Assembly: GCA_905215345.1 (NCBI GenBank)
Contig: CAJMPR010000004.1
Coordinates: forward strand, 286,623-350,622
Length of the DNA stretch: 64,000 nt
Reading direction: 5' to 3'
Origin: an uncultured bacterium
GTDB taxonomy: Bacteria > Bacteroidota > Bacteroidia > Bacteroidales > Bacteroidaceae
Position 1 is the first letter of the stretch. Each line of letters starts with the position of its first letter. The notes under the pieces are model-generated. The model saw nothing but the letters and a program-made list of their open reading frames with translations. It had not been told where the DNA came from and did no database searches. Positions 58,290-64,000 of the stretch are shown piece after piece. Made by a program: the position numbers and the translations under genes.

Positions 58290-60353
58290 TTATTTTTTTA
58301 GTTCGGGATAACTTATGCGAGTGTGATAAATCGTTTTCAACTTTTCCTTGAAAACAGCTTTCACAATAGCTATATCTTTAAAAGTGATGGGACATTCTTT
58401 GAAATACCCTTCTTCTACCTGCGAATCAATAATCTTATCTACCAGATTGCTGATACTTTCTTCTGTGTACTCGGGTAGACTCCGTGATGCGGCTTCCACG
58501 GAGTCGGCCATCATAAGTATAGCTTGCTCTTTGGAAAACGGATTCGGACCGGGGTAAGTGAATAATTCATCATTAGGCTCCTCGCCCGGGTGCTCATTTT
58601 TCCAGGAAATATAGAAATATTTGGTCTTCCCACGTCCGTGGTGAGTAATGATGAAATCTTTGATAACTTTAGGCAGATTATTCTTCTCTGCCAGTTTTAC
58701 CCCATCCGTTACATGGCTGATAACGACTTGTGAACTTTGCTCATAACTAAGGTTTTTATGAGGATTGACACCACCGGATTGGTTCTCGGTAAAGAAAACA
58801 GGATTTTCCATCTTACCGATGTCATGGTACAAAGCTCCGGTTCGTACCAGTTGGCTCTTGGCGCCGATACGGTTGGCTGCTTCAGCAGCTAGATTTGCCA
58901 CCTGCATCGAGTGCTGGAAGGTGCCCGGAACTGTTTCGGACATACGGCGTAACAAGCTGTTGTTGATATTGGATAGCTCGACCAATGTAACGTTGGAGGT
59001 AAAGCCGAAAGTTTTTTCCACAAGGAAAAGTAACGGATAAGTAAATAATAGAAGTACTCCGTTTATAACGAAGTAGGTATACATACTTCCGTTCAGTTTT
59101 GATAAATCGTTCTCTGTAATCAGCTCGAAAGCAAAATAAACTGCGGTATAGGTCAATATTACGAGCAGAGCTGTACGGAAAAGTTGCGAACGCTGTGACA
59201 ATTCCCGCAAACTGAAAATGGCAACCAATCCGGCGGTAACTTGTAGCAAGATAAACTCATGCGGATAGCGCAGGCAGATGGAACAAATCAAGATTGTGAC
59301 TACTTGTGTGACGAATGCCGTTCGCGAATCAAGGAATACACGAATGATGATCGGTAGCATGGCATAAGGAATGATATATACATTGAATATATTGTTTGCT
59401 ACCATAACGGCTGTTATCACACTATAGAATACAATAAGTGTAAAAAGTAGGGATAGACTTCCTTTACGGGCGTAATAATCTTTGCGGAATAAATCAAGGT
59501 ATAACATGAAACACAGTATGAAGATACTGACAAATAATATTTGTCCGGCCAGCATAAGTCGTTTTTGTCCGATAGATTCACTACGCTTGATAGATTCTTT
59601 TCGCAAACTTTCCAAAATACTGTAAGTTTCTTGGTTTACGATTTCACCCCTGTCGACGATTTTTTGCCCGCTTAATACAATGCCGTTTGCCCATGAATAA
59701 TTGTCAAGAGCCTCTTTCTTGGCGCTTTCGGTTCTTTTTGCATCATACGTCAGGTTGGGGAACAAATATTCATTGAGTGAGCATTGTCTGAGAATATCCG
59801 GTCGGTAGTGCAGAGTATCTGCGGTAAGCAGATAAGCATACGCTTCTTTGACTGAAAAAAGTTTGTCAATACTTTGTTGATTGGCGAGCTTGTCATTTAT
59901 CACCATGATGGCAGATGTACTATCCTTGTAAAGAGTGCTAAGCTCTTCAGTAGCAAGTATTCCTGCCTGATAAACTTCGGACAGTATTTTTTCGATGTGG
60001 CGAATATAGTCTGTAGAAGGGAGCACTTTACGCAAATGACTTTGATAATCGTTCTTCAGCTTCTGAACTACTTTCTTCTCTGTACTTTTATCTAACTGAA
60101 AATAAGGTTGGAAAGTAGCGAGAATACTGTCTTGTTCCTTTTTTACCACATTATCGTCTTTATAAATGGGGAAATCAAAAGTAGCCATTAACTGTCCGTA
60201 TTTCCACGGTTTGTCTATATCGAATTGGTAGTTAAATTTACCATCCCTTGGCAGAAAATAGACTATAACCCCCATGGTACCGATAAAAATCAGCGCCTTA
60301 TATAGTAAATCTCTAAATGAGAACTCTTTCTTTTTTCCCTTGAAATAACTCAT
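58290..60353 (-). CDS. 7TM-HD (HDIG) phosphohydrolase, PgpH-like
   Basis: N-terminal TM, extracellular domain, 7 TM, PGTFQHS, YHDIGK, FTENQ, HHG, YPGP.P, ADSVEAASRS. Confidence 0.92.
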   Translation of the reverse strand: MSYFKGKKKEFSFRDLLYKALIFIGTMGVIVYFLPRDGKFNYQFDIDKPWKYGQLMATFDFPIYKDDNVVKKEQDSILATFQPYFQLDKSTEKKVVQKLKNDYQSHLRKVLPSTDYIRHIEKILSEVYQAGILATEELSTLYKDSTSAIMVINDKLANQQSIDKLFSVKEAYAYLLTADTLHYRPDILRQCSLNEYLFPNLTYDAKRTESAKKEALDNYSWANGIVLSGQKIVDRGEIVNQETYSILESLRKESIKRSESIGQKRLMLAGQILFVSIFILCFMLYLDLFRKDYYARKGSLSLLFTLIVFYSVITAVMVANNIFNVYIIPYAMLPIIIRVFLDSRTAFVTQVVTILICSICLRYPHEFILLQVTAGLVAIFSLRELSQRSQLFRTALLVILTYTAVYFAFELITENDLSKLNGSMYTYFVINGVLLLFTYPLLFLVEKTFGFTSNVTLVELSNINNSLLRRMSETVPGTFQHSMQVANLAAEAANRIGAKSQLVRTGALYHDIGKMENPVFFTENQSGGVNPHKNLSYEQSSQVVISHVTDGVKLAEKNNLPKVIKDFIITHHGRGKTKYFYISWKNEHPGEEPNDELFTYPGPNPFSKEQAILMMADSVEAASRSLPEYTEESISNLVDKIIDSQVEEGYFKECPITFKDIAIVKAVFKEKLKTIYHTRISYPELKK

Positions 60354-60450
60354 ATCGGTTGAAATTTTTGCGAAAAGTACAAAAAAAAACATTAGTGTGG
60401 AAAAAAAGGTTTAATTTTGCCGTCTAATTTATTCATAAGTAAGATAGATT

Positions 60451-61977
60451 ATGACAGAAAGAAAAGTCAGAGTCCGTTTTGCCCCGAGTCCTACAGGGGC
60501 GTTGCACATTGGTGGTGTGCGCACTGCATTATATAATTATCTCTTTGCTCGTCAGCATGGAGGAGATTTAATTTTCCGTATTGAAGATACTGATTCTAAC
60601 CGGTTTGTGCCGGGAGCAGAAGAATATATACTGGAGTCATTCAAGTGGTTGGGTATCCCTTTTGACGAGGGTGTTAGCTTTGGCGGAAAGTACGGTCCGT
60701 ACCGTCAGTCCGAACGTCGTGAAATATACAAGAAGTATGTTCAGGTATTGTTGGATGCCGGTAAGGCTTACGTTGCATTTGATACTCCGGAGGAACTGGA
60801 AGCGAAACGTGCGGAAATAGCCAATTTCCAATATGATGCATCTACTCGCATGCAAATGCGCAATTCGTTAACGCTTTCAAAGGAAGAAGTGGAAGTCTTG
60901 ATTGCTGAAGGCAAGCAGTACGTAGTTCGTTTTAAAATAGAACCGAATGAAGATGTACATGTGAACGATTTGATTCGTGGCGAGGTGGTTATAAACTCAT
61001 CTATTTTAGATGATAAAGTTCTTTATAAATCGGCAGATGAACTTCCAACCTATCATTTGGCAAATATAGTAGATGACCATTTGATGGAAGTTTCTCATGT
61101 AATCCGTGGAGAAGAATGGTTACCTTCGGCTCCGTTGCATGTACTTTTGTATCGTGCTTTCGGTTGGGAAGATACAATGCCTGCTTTTGCCCATCTACCT
61201 TTATTGTTGAAGCCCGAAGGGAACGGTAAGTTGAGTAAACGTGATGGCGACCGCCTTGGTTTCCCCGTGTTCCCATTGGAATGGCATGATCCTAAGACCG
61301 GTGAAGTGTCTTCCGGTTATCGTGAGTCCGGATACTTGCCCGAAGCGGTTATTAATTTCTTGGCTTTATTGGGCTGGAACCCGGGAAATGATCAGGAACT
61401 GATGTCGATGGATAAATTGGTGAAACTGTTTAATCTGAGCCATTGTAGTAAATCGGGTGCTAAGTTTGATTATAAGAAAGGTATTTGGTTCAATCATGAA
61501 TATATACTTCAGAAGTCCGATGAAGAGATTGCTCTACTTTTCAAACCGGTGTTGAAAGCTAACGGGGTGAATACGGATTTATATAGTGACAAGTTCCTTA
61601 CTACAGTGGTTTCTCTAGTGAAAAGCCGTGTCAATTTTGTGAAAGAATTGTGGGACCAAACTCGTTTCTTCTTTGTAGCTCCTGACCAATATGCTGAAAA
61701 AGATGTCAAGAAGCGTTGGCTTGAAGATACTCCCCGTATCATGACCGAGTTGATAGAAGTGCTTCGGGGTATTGATGACTTTTCATCTAGACCTTCCGAG
61801 GACATAGTGATTGGCTGGATTACCGAAAAAGAATATCACATGGGCAATGTTATGAACGCCTTTCGTTTGGCGGTAGTGGGAGAGTGCAAGGGACCGCACA
61901 TGTTTGATATTACCGGATTGTTGGGTAAAGAAGAGACCTTGGCTCGTATACAGCGTGCTATTGATATTTTGAAATAA
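60451..61977 (+). CDS. gltX: Glutamate--tRNA ligase
   Basis: [29 protein letters not shown]. Confidence 0.98.
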   Translation: MTERKVRVRFAPSPTGALHIGGVRTALYNYLFARQHGGDLIFRIEDTDSNRFVPGAEEYILESFKWLGIPFDEGVSFGGKYGPYRQSERREIYKKYVQVLLDAGKAYVAFDTPEELEAKRAEIANFQYDASTRMQMRNSLTLSKEEVEVLIAEGKQYVVRFKIEPNEDVHVNDLIRGEVVINSSILDDKVLYKSADELPTYHLANIVDDHLMEVSHVIRGEEWLPSAPLHVLLYRAFGWEDTMPAFAHLPLLLKPEGNGKLSKRDGDRLGFPVFPLEWHDPKTGEVSSGYRESGYLPEAVINFLALLGWNPGNDQELMSMDKLVKLFNLSHCSKSGAKFDYKKGIWFNHEYILQKSDEEIALLFKPVLKANGVNTDLYSDKFLTTVVSLVKSRVNFVKELWDQTRFFFVAPDQYAEKDVKKRWLEDTPRIMTELIEVLRGIDDFSSRPSEDIVIGWITEKEYHMGNVMNAFRLAVVGECKGPHMFDITGLLGKEETLARIQRAIDILK

Positions 61978-61996
61978 GTAAAAGGCGGAGAAAAGT

Positions 61997-63217
61997 ATGC
62001 TTTACAATCTGGCAATAGTAATCTATGACATTGTGATTCACTTGGCTACTCCGTTTAGTCGTAAGCCTCGGAAGATGATGAAGGGACACTGGGTGGTTTA
62101 CGAACTTCTTCGTCAGCAGTTGGAGAAAGATGTACGCTACATCTGGTTCCATGCTGCTTCTTTGGGCGAATTCGAACAAGGACGTCCGTTGATTGAGAAA
62201 ATACGTGCCAAGTATCCGGATTATGGTATTTTGCTGACATTCTTTTCACCGTCGGGCTACGAAGTTCGTAAGAATTACAGAGGGGCTGATGTTATTTGCT
62301 ACTTACCTTTTGATAAACCACGTAATGTAAAGAAATTCCTGGATATAGTGAATCCTTGCATGGCGTTCTTTATCAAATATGAGTTTTGGAAAAACTATCT
62401 GGATGAACTGCATAAGCGCCGTATTCCGGTATATAGTGTTTCGTCCATTTTTCGTCGCGGGCAAATTTTCTTCAAGTGGTATGGCGGAACATATAGAAAT
62501 GTGTTGCGTAACTTTGATCACTTGTTTGTACAGAATGAGCGTTCCAAACGTTATTTGGCAAAGATTGGCATTAACCGGGTCACGGTGGTGGGAGATACCC
62601 GCTTTGACCGTGTGCTTCAGATTCGTGAAGAAGCAAAAGATCTTCCTTTGGTAGAGCTTTTCAAGAATAATACGATGACTTTTGTTGCTGGAAGTTCCTG
62701 GCAGCCCGATGAAGACTTATTCATTGAATATTTTAATCAGCATCCCGAAGTGAAACTGATAATTGCGCCGCATGTTATTGATGAAAATCATTTGGTTGAA
62801 ATTATCCGTAAGCTGAAACGTCCTTATGTGCGCTATACCCGTGCTGACGAAAAGAATGTCCGTAAAGCGGACTGTCTGATTATAGATTGTTATGGTTTGC
62901 TTTCTTCTATCTATCGTTACGGAGAGATTGCTTATATCGGTGGCGGATTCGGAGTAGGTATTCACAATACCTTGGAAGCAGCTGTTTATGGTATTCCGGT
63001 TATTTTTGGTCCGAAATATCAGAAATTTCAGGAGGCAGTCCAGTTATTGGAGGCGCAAGGTGGTTTCTCCATTAAGAATTATGAAGAACTGAAAGCGTTG
63101 CTTGACCGTATGTTGACGGATGAAACATTCCTGCGTGAAGTTGGAATGAATGCCGGAGATTATGTTACAGGCAATGCCGGGGCAACAGATAAGGTGTTGA
63201 ATATGATAAATTTTTAA
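61997..63217 (+). CDS. waaA: 3-deoxy-D-manno-octulosonic acid (Kdo) transferase
   Basis: IWFHAASLGE, YLPFD, GDTRFD, IAPH, GGGF..GIHNTLEAA. Confidence 0.94.
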   Translation: MLYNLAIVIYDIVIHLATPFSRKPRKMMKGHWVVYELLRQQLEKDVRYIWFHAASLGEFEQGRPLIEKIRAKYPDYGILLTFFSPSGYEVRKNYRGADVICYLPFDKPRNVKKFLDIVNPCMAFFIKYEFWKNYLDELHKRRIPVYSVSSIFRRGQIFFKWYGGTYRNVLRNFDHLFVQNERSKRYLAKIGINRVTVVGDTRFDRVLQIREEAKDLPLVELFKNNTMTFVAGSSWQPDEDLFIEYFNQHPEVKLIIAPHVIDENHLVEIIRKLKRPYVRYTRADEKNVRKADCLIIDCYGLLSSIYRYGEIAYIGGGFGVGIHNTLEAAVYGIPVIFGPKYQKFQEAVQLLEAQGGFSIKNYEELKALLDRMLTDETFLREVGMNAGDYVTGNAGATDKVLNMINF

Positions 63218-63232
63218 TATATGGGTGAAATT

Positions 63233-63262
63233 AAAGAGGGCTGCAATTGCAGCCCTCTTTTT
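63233..63262. terminator. Bidirectional terminator
   Basis: AAAGAGGGCTGC-AATT-GCAGCCCTCTTTTT. Confidence 0.85.
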
Positions 63263-63774
63263 TATTTATACCAATTTGAATACATCAGATAATTATGTGC
63301 AATCTTTTGATTCAGTTCTTTTGCCTGTTCCGGGTCGACTTTTTTGATGAACTTTGCAGGTACCCCGCCCCAGATACTTCCCGGTTCTATGACGGTGTTG
63401 CTTAATACCAGTGAGCCGGCGGCTACAATAGCCCCTTCACCTATAACGGCATGGTCCAGAATGGTGGACCCCATTCCTACAAGGGCATAATCCTTGATGG
63501 TAGCTCCGTGAATGGTTACATTGTGTCCCACTGAAACATGATCTCCTATTTCTATGGTTGACTTTTCGTATAACGTGTGGAGTACGCTTCCATCTTGGAT
63601 ATTTACTCCGTTTCCAATACGGATTGAATTTACATCTCCACGTAGTACCGTGCTGAACCAGATACTGCAATCACGTCCCATTTTGACATCGCCGATGATA
63701 GCGGCATTATCGGCTAAAAAACAATTTTCTCCGAACTCCGGAGTAAATCCTCTTACTGATTTTATTAGTGCCAT
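63262..63774 (-). CDS. Gamma carbonic anhydrase family (hexapeptide repeat) protein
   Basis: IIGDV, VLRGDVNSIRIG, NIQDGSVLH, VGHNVTIHG, GVPAKFIK. Confidence 0.93.
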   Translation of the reverse strand: MALIKSVRGFTPEFGENCFLADNAAIIGDVKMGRDCSIWFSTVLRGDVNSIRIGNGVNIQDGSVLHTLYEKSTIEIGDHVSVGHNVTIHGATIKDYALVGMGSTILDHAVIGEGAIVAAGSLVLSNTVIEPGSIWGGVPAKFIKKVDPEQAKELNQKIAHNYLMYSNWYK

Positions 63775-63817
63775 CTTTTTAATTATTAACGATTAGTTAT
63801 TTGTGATGAATGAGTTA

Positions 63818-64000
63818 TCACTCACCGCTAACCACTCTTTTACATGCTTTTTTCAACCATTCTTTTTCCTCATTGTTTAAGTCCGGCGAAAGTTTTTCGT
63901 ATACCATCCGGTGATAATCATTCAGCCAATCCATTTCTTCGGCTGTCAACATTTCCTTGATGATTCCCTTTGTGCAGATAGGGCAAAGGGTAATTGTTTC
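63818..64000 (-). CDS. C-terminal end of an aminopeptidase P (M24) family protein (partial)
   Basis: Manual translation ETITLCPICTKGIIKEMLTAEEMDWLNDYHRMVYEKLSPDL...EWLKKAC, resembling the Peptidase_M24_C domain. Confidence 0.85.
   Translation of the reverse strand, partial: ETITLCPICTKGIIKEMLTAEEMDWLNDYHRMVYEKLSPDLNNEEKEWLKKACKRVVSGE

Overview
Bacteroides-type chromosomal window, judged from TAnnTTTG -7 promoters, SusC/SusD pairs and a hybrid two-component system (HTCS). The left part holds the 5' part of an ECF-sigma/FecR/SusC trans-envelope signalling locus, then pnp, a TlpA-like lipoprotein, greA, HIT, mannose-1-P guanylyltransferase, tRNA-Leu(CAA), a Crp-like gene, an acyltransferase and an Mfa2/FimB-like gene. 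The centre (14.0-46.3 kb) is a polysaccharide utilisation locus with the enzyme set of a xyloglucan utilisation locus: SusC, SusD, two surface lipoproteins, GH43, BACON-GH5, HTCS, GH31, GH2, GH3 and GH95. A ~4.3 kb foreign block (23.0-27.4 kb) interrupts it and looks like a stand-alone phage-type lysis module. It carries a phage-like putative regulator, an HU-like protein, a holin-like protein, a T7-lysozyme-type amidase fused in frame to a unimolecular-spanin-like lipoprotein, and a structured RNA leader before an orphan gene; no integrase, capsid or tail genes are present. The locus also contains three arrays of 4 x 22 bp quasi-palindromic units whose cores flip orientation, and several long palindromic elements, one of them inside the GH95 reading frame. 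The right part is housekeeping: serine hydrolase, PduO-type adenosyltransferase, DUF2795, RecQ-like helicase, ric, priA, a low-molecular-weight protein-tyrosine phosphatase, a 7TM-HD protein, gltX, waaA, a gamma-carbonic-anhydrase family protein and the 3' end of an aminopeptidase P. All family assignments come from motif recognition by eye; no database search was run.
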